From Hyphochytrium catenoides (Eukaryota > Protista > Hyphochytriomycota): a stretch of 64,000 nucleotides of DNA. Below, piece by piece: positions 1 through 11,967 of the stretch. The position numbers and the translations under genes are program-made. The stretch is from assembly GCA_900088475.1 (NCBI GenBank), contig FLMG01000893.1, positions 1 to 64,000 on the forward strand, written 5' to 3'. Within the stretch, counting starts at the first letter, position 1. Each line of letters opens with the position of its first letter. The notes below the pieces were generated by a model that saw only the letters and a list, made by a program, of their open reading frames with translations, was not told the DNA's origin and ran no database searches.

Positions 1-1300
1 CTCGTCCTCTCCCTCTACTAGAATTTCGCCACCCTCTCCTTCTAGGATTCCACTCTCACTACTGCTCGTCCCAGTCGGTTCCTGCTGTCCTAGCCTCTGT
101 TGCAAAGAAATATCAGACAAGTGTTCCGGCTAACTGCTGTAAGACATACTTCTCTACCTGTCAGGTTCTGCTCCATTCCATCTCGTAGTGACCCTTCACT
201 CCTGTAGGAGTGATTGTCTTGGTTTTCCACCTCCATAAGCTCAAATGCAGCACTACTTGTGCCATCATCGTCCTGAACGTCATCATTGAGTGTGTAGTTT
301 GGCCATTCTTTCTCTAGCAGCGATGGTGCGGGGAGCTAGATCAGGCGCTATCTCCCTTGTAAGGGCGAATAGCTCTCGGTTTCTTTCCGCAGACTAGAAA
401 AAACAACGGTTAGCCATAATAATGATGGGTCCCACTGGAAGTTCATGGAACGTGGAACTTAGGACAAGAACTGAGGAACAACAGCATCATTCTCGAATAT
501 TGCTGCTGCTGGTACCTTCCGCTTTGGCATATTGGGGAGATTTGTTATGGGGCTTGCGCGTGGTGGTTTCAGTGATCGCGGAGTGGTGGTGGTGGGCTTC
601 TTCTGATGTCAGTGGCGCTAGCAACAAAGTGATGGACGTGTTATGTCGCCTCTGCTCCCTTCGTCGTGCCGCAGTAGGTTCCGATAGTTAGTTACTTCCC
701 TTTGCGCTGTGACGAGCTCTCCGACTGCCACGATGCATGACGATCACCAAATCTGAAATTAGCTGCTGCTTCTGGTTTCGAGTTACTTTTGAGGGGATAT
801 TGAGAAGGCGGCGGGCAGTGAGGTGGAATTGATTGAGTAGCTGTTGAAGAACCACGAAGTTGCCGATTATGTTTGGAGCAGCTTTTGAATGAGGGAAGAG
901 GCCAAAAATGAGTCGAGAATGAGTAACGTAGCTGATAGTTGGGACCCAAACAGGTGTGTGGGTGATATTCCCACGCGCGCAGCGTTAGAGTTACAGTAGC
1001 ACCTTTTGAGTAGCCTGTGAGGCATTTTGGAGGAGAAAGCCCGTTTACAGTGATAGCACTTTTTAAAACGCAGTCATTCTCTATTGTGATGGGAAGCAAG
1101 GGGCAAGGAGGAGGTTCTTCATCGCTCTCAGAAGTATCGCCATGTCCATCATCCCTTCGCTTGCTCGGATAACGAAGTTCTTTGCCATCATCCTAGCCAG
1201 GTCATGCCTTACGTTGACGATATGAGGCAAGTACAGGCGTTACGGGGCCACGATGACGAGCAGTATTGACGAACTCATTGGTGGTCTCCTGACCGTCGCT
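1..1300 (-). CDS. Uncharacterised multi-exon, low-complexity/acidic protein (partial; runs off the window start, 5' end undefined)
   Basis: Open minus-strand segments bounded by GT/AG (DDGKELRYPSKRRDDGHGDTSESDEEPPPCPLLPITIENDC..., ...EKEWPNYTLNDDVQDDDG...|RLGQQEPTGTSSSESGILEGEGGE). No recognisable domain. Confidence 0.4.
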
Positions 1301-1596
1301 TCAGAGGCTTCGTAAGGAGCGACAGACAATAGGGGACTTGGGGACGCTTCTGGCGCTGACAGCGACAATGAAAGCCAGCAAATGGCAACTGCCCTTGTCT
1401 GGGCTGGACATATGTTCCTTTAAATTGATGGCAAGAGTCAGTGCGTTGTAACAAAGCTAAGGTGCAGCACGGGAACGAAGGTGCAGCGCACTCTCGGCGC
1501 TCGTTGCTCGATAACTCTTCTCCTAGTGTTCCGATGTCCAGAAGGGTCGTCTCAAGTGTGGAGTTAATGGCGGAGGAGGGTGGACTATCTTCTGTT

Positions 1597-1599
<3 letters not shown>

Positions 1600-1641
<42 letters not shown>
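1600..1641. repeat. (TC)n microsatellite, about 21 units
   Basis: Perfect dinucleotide run read directly. Confidence 0.95.
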
Positions 1642-1643
<2 letters not shown>

Positions 1644-2544
1644 GCAGTCATTATCGAAGGAGTTACAGTCAAGGAGATAGGTGGATGGCTTTTTAGGCGC
1701 TGCTCTGGCCGAAGAGGAGCCAGCAATGTTAGATAGAGTTGTCAGCCTGCAGCCGTAAGCATTTTTGCTGACCGTTCGTCCAAACAACACCTCCTGTCCA
1801 TGTTATCATCAGGGGTGCTCCCGCTGCTGAAGTGTTCTATTCTTTCTTATTCAACTCTGAGCTCATGGCTGCGGTCCTTTTGATGGCTTGTGGCGGATAA
1901 TACTATACTGGTCAGCAGTAGACTGCTCTCTATCAACCCATGCTCGTTCCGACTAGTTCCCTGCTGCTAGAGTCCTTTCTCCCTCCAACTCCGTTCTCAT
2001 GAGCAAATGCAAACGATAGTTCAAAGCACAGCCCATACGCTTGAGCGGCAGTTCTTCGTATCTTCCTCTCTTGTCAACTCAGTGGAGAAGCGACACGAGT
2101 AGTGGCGGTACGTGCCATCCTCCTCTTCTCTACAAAGCTATCCTGGGCCTTGCATCTGGAGTCAAGAATCTGTAGCCCCTCTACTTATTAAAGACTGCCA
2201 CCTTCCACGGAGAACGTAATATGTCAGCCGTAGGTGCAAATATTCAGCAATGCGTTTAATGATAATAAGAGTCGGTCATAGCAATTATCCTACTACTAGG
2301 TAAAAGACTACTCCGGCTAGCACGCAACATCATCTCAGCAGCATCATCGTTTCCTTTTCTCGGCAAAGTAGTGAAGGCGATCGTGCAACTTATCTTCCTT
2401 CTCCCACAGGCGACTAGATGGAACAAGCGCCACAAGAAACGCAACGAGGAGTAGAACGGACAGCATTCGACAGATAAATAAGGATCAACTGTAACAGAAC
2501 AAAAGGCACCTTGGAGCGCTACAAGAGACAAGGTAGCCACTTTT

Positions 2545-5500
2545 TCACGAGAGGTCATCCGTCTGAGACTTCTCTGTACAATGAAGCTCCAGATATTTCT
2601 TCAGACCCATCGCCAGCCGTTGCACCGTGATAGGCTTTGTGATATAATCGTTCATACCGGCGCGAAGGCACTCCTCTTCAGCTCCAGAGATAGCGTTGGC
2701 CGTGAGTGCGATGACAGGAATGGACCTTAAAGCGACAGTTGAATGTGATCGCATACACCTGGTGGCCTGGTATCCATCCATCACAGGCATCTCACAGTCC
2801 ATCAAAACTAAGCTGTAGGTGCTCTTCTCCAATGCCTCCAATGCTTCCCGGCCATTTCCTGCAATGTCGTAGGCGACACCAAGCTTCTTCAGCATAGCTC
2901 CAATAACTTTCTGGTTCACATTGTTGTCCTCCACAACCAGCACGCGACAATTTTTGCCCGCGCACGGGAGCGGTATGATCATGCCCCCTGCTGGCTCCAT
3001 ATGCGACGAGTGATGAGACCCGCAGAGGGGCTGCAGAGAGTCTACAGCAGCTGACGATGAAGAGGCAGTGCCAGAAGCACCAACAGCTTTCTGAAGGATA
3101 ACGTTGAAAGAGAACGTGCTCCCTACGCCCATCTCACTTTCGAGGCTGATCTGCCCACCCATAAGTGCCACAAGACCCTTACATATCGAAAGACCTAATC
3201 CAGTGCCGCCAAAGCGCTGTCTCACACTTCTATCTGCCTGTGTGAAGCTCTGGAAGAGCTTTTTCTGTCCAGATTTTGATATGCCAATCCCCGTGTCGAT
3301 GACACTGATTCGAAGCTCCACCTGGTCAGAACGCAGCTCTCTAACCGTGCAATTTAGCGTGACTCCGCCTTCAGAGGTAAACTTGATGGCATTGCTCAGC
3401 AGATTTCGTACCACTTGCCCCAGCTTGGCATGGTCCGCATACAGCGTCATGGACTTTTCTGGGATTTCCATTTTGAGATAAATCTTCTTCTGGTCCGCAG
3501 CGTATTGTTGACTCCTCACAAGCTCTAAAAGATACGCTACCAAATCAATCTCTGTCAGGCACAGCTCCATCTTGGAGGCTTCTATCTCGGACAGGTCCAA
3601 AATGTGGTCGATCAAAGAGAGAAGGGCCCTAGCACAGCTCGTAATGGTCTCCACCTGATGATGATGCTCTTCGGCCAGTTCCGAGGCTGCCAGCAAGCTG
3701 CACATCCCAATCACCCCGTTTAATGGTGTTCGCATCTCGTGGCTCATTGTGGCTAGAAAAATACTCTTTGCAGCGTTGGCATCCCTCTCTGCCTTCCTGG
3801 ATTCTGATAGTTGCTTCTCCAGCATCTTCTGATCGGTCACATCTATTTGGAGAACATACACCTGATGTGGTTCTTGCGCCATGTCACCTCCAATAGGAAC
3901 CACGGTGGTGTCCAGCCAAACTTCAGCTTCTTGGCGTTTGCCTTGGGTGTGGACTGTTCCGTGCCATACTTGCCTCTTTGCCAGAGCCTGACTTAGTCCT
4001 TCTTGAAGGCTATCATCATCGCTTGCTGTGCTGCCATTCCGGAGAAGCAGCGGATGGCGCGACCCCAGCAAGATTACCCCTTCGGCACCGTCTAGAAGGC
4101 GCATGTAGGACACAAACTTCTCATTGACGAAGGTCAATCTTGCAGTCGCATCCATTACGCTGACAAGTGCCGTCTGATTGAGTGCCTTGACAAAGCCTTC
4201 AAACTTCCGCTTCTCGTCCTCAAGCTCCTTGGAGCGCCTCGCCAGCGTCTGCTCCGCTTCTCGGAGTTCTGTGATATCTACAAAGGTCGTCATAACCCAG
4301 TGCATGGTGCTGTCTTCATTCGTTTTTGCGATAGGTGTACTCGTAACGCTCAGCCAGCTTATTCGCCGACCACCACCGGCTACCGCAGCCGTATCAAAGC
4401 CCATGAGAACATTTAGCTGGGGCTTTCCAGAGCTTAGAGTCATAACAATGGGATGCCCTTCATATGTAAATCGTTCGCCGTCCTTCTTTATCCCCATCCA
4501 GCGCGGATCTGAGAGAGGCATCGAATTCACTTCTTCCTCTGATAGACCAAGGAGCTTGAGCAGCGCCTTGTTGAACCGTACGACTTCCCCACTAGCGTTA
4601 TGTATGACTAAGCCCTCATACATACTCGCGAGGATGGCCTCGAGCTCACGCTGTTGCCTGACAGTCTCCCTCCGAATGGTCTCCTCAACCGTGACGTCCC
4701 AGCTCACTCCATGCATCTTCAGCGCGTTCCCATCACCGCTGTCAAAAGCTACTCCCCGGGTAGCAACATAGCGGACCTTTCCTGCTGGGGTTATCACTTT
4801 ATAGCGTGTGATGAGCTCACCGTGCGTCTGTAGAGCCTCCTCTGTTTCCCTGAACACCCTTTCTCGCTCCTCGGCTGGCACTGTGCTCTCATAGACCTTA
4901 GAGGGGCACTCTGAAGTCTGACTCTCATAGCCAAAGAGGTGGTAGAGATTATGGTCCCACAGTAAGTCCGCTCTCGCGACATCCAGCTCCCAAGTGCCAA
5001 GGTGAATGGAGTCTGATATTATGTCCAGTTTCCGCCTATTTTCTGACTCCGCCGTGGCACCAGTGGAGGCAGACGATGATGCTGAGGAAAAGGATGATAG
5101 CTGGTCGCCAACCGCTGGCCTGCAAGGTATTTAGAGAGTTAGGTCATTCATGTCATCCAGTCGGTACAAAGAAGTCTCCACCGATTAATATAAAGAAAAG
5201 AAAAGAAAGGAAAATCAACAATGATACTGAGCGGCCACCTCTTTTCTGCTTACCTCGTTGGATCATCACAGTTTGCCTTCGCACCAGCAATACTTTCCTT
5301 TCGGCTCCCCCGGCTCTGCCCTTCATCTAACCAGCTAACTCCCACTAATTCTGTGATGCTCCCAAGCTCATCCCAGACGATCTCCGCAGCAGAGCTAACA
5401 AAGGAGACATGCCCGTCGGGCCGCAGTACCCTAAAACTGGTCTTCCTGGTAGCCCCATGCTGTTCCGTCGGGCTCCCTTCGCCCGTCCCTTCATCTGAAT

Positions 5501-6338
5501 CTTCATCATTGTCCTCCTGCCTCATAAAGGCTGTAAAGCGCGACTGATCGTCTGGATGGACACATTGCGCCCATGAGGCGATCGATAACCCGTCTGCAGG
5601 GAGGTCCTCTGCCATTCGTCCGTACACCTCATAATGAGAAGGTGTCCAATAGATCTGATCACTCCGACAGTCCCACCGCCAAAACCCAAACTTCGTGGCG
5701 CTACTTCTAGCTTCCGGATCGTCCGCAAGGCCGTTCCGCTTGTTCTTCTTTATATGCTTCGCAAACTGCTTTAGCGCCATCGACCCAAGAGCTGCGATGA
5801 CATCCCTAGAAGTGCCACCTCTCGGAACACTGCGCCTATCACGATCTGCTAGCTCTTCATCGTTGCACTTACACAGGAATAGTGCCTCTACCGACTCTTT
5901 ATCCTCAGCCAACCTTACAACGCGAACCGCTAAGTTGGGGCTTTTCCAGTAGTGGTAATCATCATCCATGCATGCTATTGACGATTTCTCAGGTGCACTT
6001 TCTTTTTGACTGTATGATAGTTCTCGAGCGTCCCAACCACTGAGTACCTCACAGACTGTGGGTCTTACCTCCTCTGGCTTCCACCCTACCGAGGCGTAGC
6101 TGAGGGGTCGCTTGCCGGGCTCGGTGCGCTTCCGCCGAACTAGCACCAAGCCATTATCACGATTGTATGGGTGAGCTAAGGCTCCGGTGGCCACAATAGC
6201 TATCTCTCTAAGCCACTCCTGTCTGCAAAAGAGATAGAGAGTCCCTCCCAAGCTCTTTGGAGGCTTTAGGTCCTGAGTAGATGGGTCGAGGGAATCCAAT
6301 CCTTTTTCGATCATCTGAGCAGCCTCCCCCATTGCCAA
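2545..6338 (-). CDS. Hybrid sensor histidine kinase/response regulator with about 4 PAS domains (5' end uncertain)
   Basis: H-box FLATMSHEMRTPLNG, N-box NLLSNAIKFT, G1 DTGIGI, F-box LFQSFTQAD, G2 GGTGLGLSI; receiver VVEDN...LMDCEMPVMDG...ALTA...KP. ORFs 5250-6338 and 2545-4881 join in frame through GT-AG intron 5120-5253, restoring a PAS segment LGTWELDVARADLLWD. Confidence 0.93.
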
Positions 6339-7859
6339 ACCAGTAAGAAGGCGTCGACTTTTTCTGAAGTTTAGGACTAATCAGCAGACGCAAAGGTTGG
6401 CCTCTTTAAGCCTCAGTGGTGGCCGTCGATGATGTCCCAGGCATCAGTGTAAAGAAAAGCAGAAGGACCTCGCCTAATAAGCTAAGAGATGTGGCCAAGT
6501 CAAAACCCCGCCGCTATAACAGAGCGCGGGCTCGACCATTCCTTGAGGCCAATGACTTTTCAAAAGGCGTGCACTGAATAAGAGAGACTTCGGTTGCCTG
6601 GCCCTAGACTGTAAGTGTGCACGCCAGTCATCGGCTGTGCCTGTTGCAGCGCTCTCTTCTTTTTGTATGCTGTCGTAGAAGAACTACGAGAGGACAGAGT
6701 CGAGCAATCTAGTGCTACTGTCCGGCGCCAGTTCTAGTTCTCAACACCTTTTAGCACCATCTCTCTGTCTCTCTCACCCCTGCTTTTGGTCCCGATCTCA
6801 GTGGATACTAGCACACTCTCTCCCGTCGCCTTTGTCCTCTACCTTGTACAGTAGGAATAAATGCCCAGTCTTCCAAGGCACTATAACTAAGGCCAGCCTA
6901 CTACTGCTATTCTATGAGGTATCGGTGACTCCCAATCTTCCTCCCTCTCACTCTCCCTCTCACTCTGGCGCTGTGCCGTCCCACAACCTCGTCACTAACC
7001 TCAGTAAAATAAAGAGCCAGGAGAGCTTGGCCCCGTCAGACCTGCGCGCTAACTTTCCCCTGGTTATTTTCTTATCACATTCTTCCTCGTATCCCTCCTG
7101 CAGCTTGAGCGAGGCAGGCGTTCCCTCTCTCCCTTCGTTACTAAGGGACCACCCTTGTCCACCCCAATACATAAGGCACCCCCCAAGGAGCCGCTAACAG
7201 TCATGCATTCCTCCCTTGAACAGATATCCAGCAGTGGGCTCTTGTGCTCTCGCCAATTGCTGACGTACACTAATGAGCACAACGAACACACAACAAGGTA
7301 ACATCGACGTCGGCGCTGGGACCATCTTGAGAGCGGGAGGAGCTGGTTCTCAATCTTCAGATCTTTAATTTTTTGCTTCTGATGATGTCCGCTGGGACCT
7401 GGGAGGAGGAGGGAGAGGTGATTTCTTCAGATCCTCGATAGATGGACCCGCCCAACAACAGCTCGAACAACAGTCCCAGCATGAGGAGCCAGGGCACCTG
7501 TTGGTTAGGGACGGGCATTGTGGCTAGTCATTAATAAACTGCGATGCTCCCGTAAGGCCTTTCTTTCCGAAAGGACACAGCAGGTTAAGCAGTGCGGCTG
7601 TACGTAGGCAGAGAGCACTTGGTTTTTTTAGTTCTGGCTGCTGTGGGCTGGTCGTTCCTGTTCCTAGTCGGTCCGGAGCTGCATCTTTCGCTCTTGACAA
7701 GCTATTTCTAATGTCTTTGCTCTAGTGGTATGGTGGCAAGAGACCCGTCGTTCCTCTATTTTGCTTCCACTCGTAAACCGGCCGCTACCGCCAGGTGGCA
7801 CTAAGTCATCCCAGCAAGAGCTGGCAAGGAGCATAATCAACCTAGTACTTGGTCCCACC

Positions 7860-9730
7860 ATGCAGTTCTTACCTGACTCATGCCTCGCGCAGGCTCTTCG
7901 CTATCTCCCATCCAAGGAGATTGCCATGACAAAAAGGGTCAATAAGACTTTTAAGTCGGTAAGAGCGAATTTTGGCCAGAGGTCCCATGGCAATGCTTTT
8001 CAAGGTCTCAGGGTTGCCCTTCTTTCCTCCTAGCTAAAAAGTCCTTCGACTGCTAAGTGAGCTCTCTGCCTAGGCACAAGTAGAGCTTTGGCGAGATCTT
8101 TTTGCAAAGGACTACTTAATTCGTCCAACTTCCTTCTCAGAGTCAGATCAGGGTGTTGACCCCCTACTGCTAGGTCTTCCAGTGCAGAAAAGTCGCTATT
8201 GGGAGAAGGCGTATAGTGCCTGGGCGACAGGAAGACCTACAGATATATCCCATGTCTCGAAGAGATCTACACATTCTCACAAGACTTCTAGCATCTGCAT
8301 GGACATCGAGTTTTGCTATTCGGTGGGCGCGGACGGATCTTTAGTACAGACATCTTTGGAAAGAAAAGAGGTCAACCAGATTGTTGAAAAGGCACATGCC
8401 GTAGAGGCTAATGCCGTCCAGGTACTAGCAGTAACTGCTAATCCCTGAGAATGAGGGGTCGCCTTGATTAATCTCATCTCCACAACGTGAACTAGAGAGT
8501 GGGGTCCCATCTTCTGACTCTCTCCCAAGATATCCAGGTCCGAGACCTTAGAGCCAATATTCAACGCGCTGTGATCACAGTTCCTCATGCTCATGAGGAT
8601 GTCGGGTTTTGTATGGATATCGTGGATGAAATGAAAGGTGAAAATGTTTGCCTGCGTTCTCTTAGCTCCACATCATGCTGTCCCCTCCCTGGCAATTCTT
8701 CTTCCATTGTACCCTACTCTTGGTTCAGCTTCAGCCATTCGGCATTTCTCTGAAACCCTTCTCGTCCAAGTTTTCCCTAGGTTAAGCTTTTTGTTAACGC
8801 TACAGTCATGCGGCGTCCCTTCCTAAGCTTCTCATCTACACTCAATCTTAGTTATCACAGGAGGCGGAGACCAGAAGACCCGCTATTGGGACCTTCGTAA
8901 CCCTGAAAAGCCCCTTCTGGATTTGGAAGGGAATGACAAACCCGTATGGGCTCTTGCACATGGGGCTGAAGGAAGGCTGTATGCTGGAACAGACAGGGAA
9001 ATCCTGCTATATGATCTGAATGTATGATGCCATAACACTTCTTGGCTCTCCTCTCCTGTGTCTCTCAACGAAAATCCTGTTTGCGTCAGTCTTTACTCTC
9101 TCGCTCTCACCTTCGGCTTAGCATGCGCTACCGTCGTAGTAACTTTACTCTTTAACCTCTGTGTCTCTTTATCAGGAAGGAGAATGGCTCTCCTTGCTGT
9201 TTGGCCATCCAGGAGCTGTCTATAGCTTAGCAGTAGACAACACGAAGATGGTCAGTGCTGGAGATCATGGTATCTGCCGGTGGTGGGATCTGAACTCTGA
9301 GAGTGAAGAGCAAGAATCACGGGGCAGCCTCTATGTGGAGAGGGTGAGTTCACGACGACCTTCAATTGAGAAAGTGAAGTTGTTGGGCGAGTCAAAGGTG
9401 CTTCTAGGTAAGGATGCCCTATCAATTGACGTTCCTTTTCCATCTTAGCCCGACTTAAGAATTGCTTTTCTCTTCTTTGGCATGTAAAATGGTTTTTCGG
9501 CGCTATGGAAAGCGACCCTTGATGGAAGGCTGCAACTCTATGAGCTAGAGAATGATTCTCATGCTCTGCGGTATACAATAGATCTCTCATGTGACAACAA
9601 CGTTAATATCACGGCAATGGATGCCGACGATCGTGTGGTTGTCACAGGCACCTTAGGGGGGGATATGAATATTGTCCGAATGACTCCTTCCCTCGATCGC
9701 ACCAGTTTTGATAGTGAGGACCCGGAATAG
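7860..9730 (+). CDS. F-box/WD40-repeat protein (about 6 exons)
   Basis: F-box-like MQFLPDSCLAQALRYLPSKEI...VNKTFK...LWRDLF; WD repeats VITGGGDQKTRYWDL and GHPGAVYSLAVDNTKMVSAGDHGICRWWDL; stop TAG 9728-9730. Confidence 0.8.
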
Positions 9731-9854
9731 TACTACATAGGTGGTGAGTACCATGTTTGGGAAAAAGAACAAACGGTGTTGGGAGCTGTAAGGTCACCAT
9801 TGAATGACCGTCGTTATCCACTTTTATGGCACAAGACATCCTCATTTTTGGACC

Positions 9855-11492
9855 TTAGCATAAAGCCACTGTACACGCCAACTGTCCACCATCACTTTGG
9901 TCCTCCGACGTTACTTCGCCCTTCAAGCCAAGGGCTTTGCATAGAAAGCTCTTTCTCTTTTTACCCGTGAGTGAAGGGGTCTTTTCCTTCAAAATGTGTT
10001 CTCCGTCGTGCGCTTCCTTTTCCTTTGGTACCTTCTCACTTTTCTCGCCATGCACGCGCTCCAAATGCCTCTCTAGTACATGCTTGTATCCAAAGGTCCT
10101 TCCACAGTCTTCCTTATGACAGACAAAAGCAGTAGCCGCCTCGTGTGTGACTCTGATATGTTTCGTCAAGTTATTCCGACGAGAGAAAGAGCTCGAACAC
10201 TCTGGGTAAGGGCACTTGAACTCTATTTTCCCACCCCCGTGCTGTTCATGAATCTCTTGATGAGCCCGTAGAGAATGTAGCCGCTTGAAGGTTTTCTGGC
10301 AGACGTCACAGGTGGCCGAATGCTCGCTCTGATGTTTTCTCCGTTCTGCAGGTGACGAAAAGAGGAGGCCGCAACCCTCCTCCCCACACACGAACAGGAG
10401 TCCACAGTGCATCTAGCGAGTCAAATAGATACAATAATAGCAGGGCTCTTAGTACACGATCACAAAGTCTCTCCTATACGGGATATCAGTCCAGCTCAGG
10501 CATTCCTTAATCATGCTTCGTGTACGTACTCAATTCCCTAATATATACTGTCCCTGTCAAGACTTCCTACCAAACTTGCTAATGAGCTTCGGTGCACTCC
10601 TAGTTGAGACTTGTCTTACCTCGGCATGACGTTTCAGACTCTTCTGGGTCATATAGCGGCGACCGCAACCTTCCACTTCACAGGCAAATGGCAGCACACC
10701 GGTGTGAACGTAGGAATGGCGTTTAAGCTGAGATTTCTTTTTAAAGGAAGACCGACATCCTTCGACGTCGCAGGGATACTCAGACGACGACGCTGAAGCG
10801 CTATGAGCTTTCAGTTGGTGACGCTCCAGTCTAGATCTCTCGTGGAACGCAGCGCAACAGCCGGGATGCTGGTGGGATTGAACGCAAATGCAGAAGAAGG
10901 GTAAGGAGAAAGGTATGAGTGAGAGCCAAAGAGAGGCAGAAAGGGCTTATGACTTAGAACGAGCAAAATAGTGGCACGAATCTGTCAAAGTCAAAGAGAG
11001 CCAGGATGACGTAGATAATATGTCCCCTCAGCTAGGAACAAGCGCTTTGGGACGAGCTAAAATCCAGTGAGAAGAAAAGATGCGGCAGAGCGCCCCAAAT
11101 ACCTGACAGGGGTACCGGTAGTCCTTGGTATGAGAGGCCACATGCCTCAGAAGATGATCTTTACGGGCGTAGCTTCTCCCACAGACGTCACATTGAAAGG
11201 GCTTCTCTCCTGTGTGCATCCTTTGGTGGCGAGTAAGCCGCGAAAGCTTCGTGAAACTCTTCTGGCAGATGGAACACGTATGTTCTGGTGCCTTCCTCTT
11301 TTGTTTTAGATTATTTGACCTTCCAGCAGGACTTCTAGCCCCGTTCTTGCTGATAATCCAATCGAGATCTTCATGGTCTTCAAAGTCAGAGAAGTCATCA
11401 GTAACCGACACTGGAGACTGGGACATAGCAGCTCTATTGCGCTTCCTAGAAGGCTTGATTGGTTGTGTTCTACTTTCTTCACTTGCCATCAT
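9855..11492 (-). CDS. GTF3A: Transcription factor IIIA (nine C2H2 zinc fingers, 3 exons)
   Basis: Splicing introns at about 10869-11102 and 10413-10619 gives exactly nine tandem C2H2 fingers with a TGEKPF linker, CxxxxC fingers and final YKHVLERHLERVH, the TFIIIA layout. Confidence 0.82.
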
Positions 11493-11967
11493 CCCTACTG
11501 CGTTACCCTCTTCGAGTGATGTGTTCTCCCGCGTTCTCAGCGACGTTTACGCAGCTGCAGAAGACTGTGAACTTGACTGACGAGGTCTCTAGTTCTACAT
11601 GAGACAATCCCCAAGACCAGTTGCAGGACGGCGGACTGAGGTCAGCTACACCCGATGAGCACCCGACGAAGAGAAGCTCATCAGGTCTCTGAAAAGAAGA
11701 CGAGCATGCGCAGGACGAGAGACAGCTACTTGTACGCGAACAAATACATCATTTTCAACCCCAGGGGGAGATCAGAAGGATGGCACCAACAACCAGCCAA
11801 GTCAGCAGTAGCCGCTAACGCCACCTTCGGAAAGGGTAATAACCAGAAGCTCTGACAGAGATTCTGATGAAGCTCCAGTGAAGAGATACCGCAGATCACT
11901 ACTCGGTCGTAGAGGTAGGGCGATATCTGCCCGCTCAGTCTAGCTTGACAGTGAACCGGATGGTGAT

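Noticed and set aside
3104-4771. Antisense ORFs over the kinase (and similar ones over NOL8, COG6, PEPD)
   Set aside because: Shadow frames of real genes with no motifs of their own.
10869-11102. 5S mimic in TFIIIA intron 1
   Set aside because: No 5S-like motif seen; ordinary pyrimidine-rich intron.
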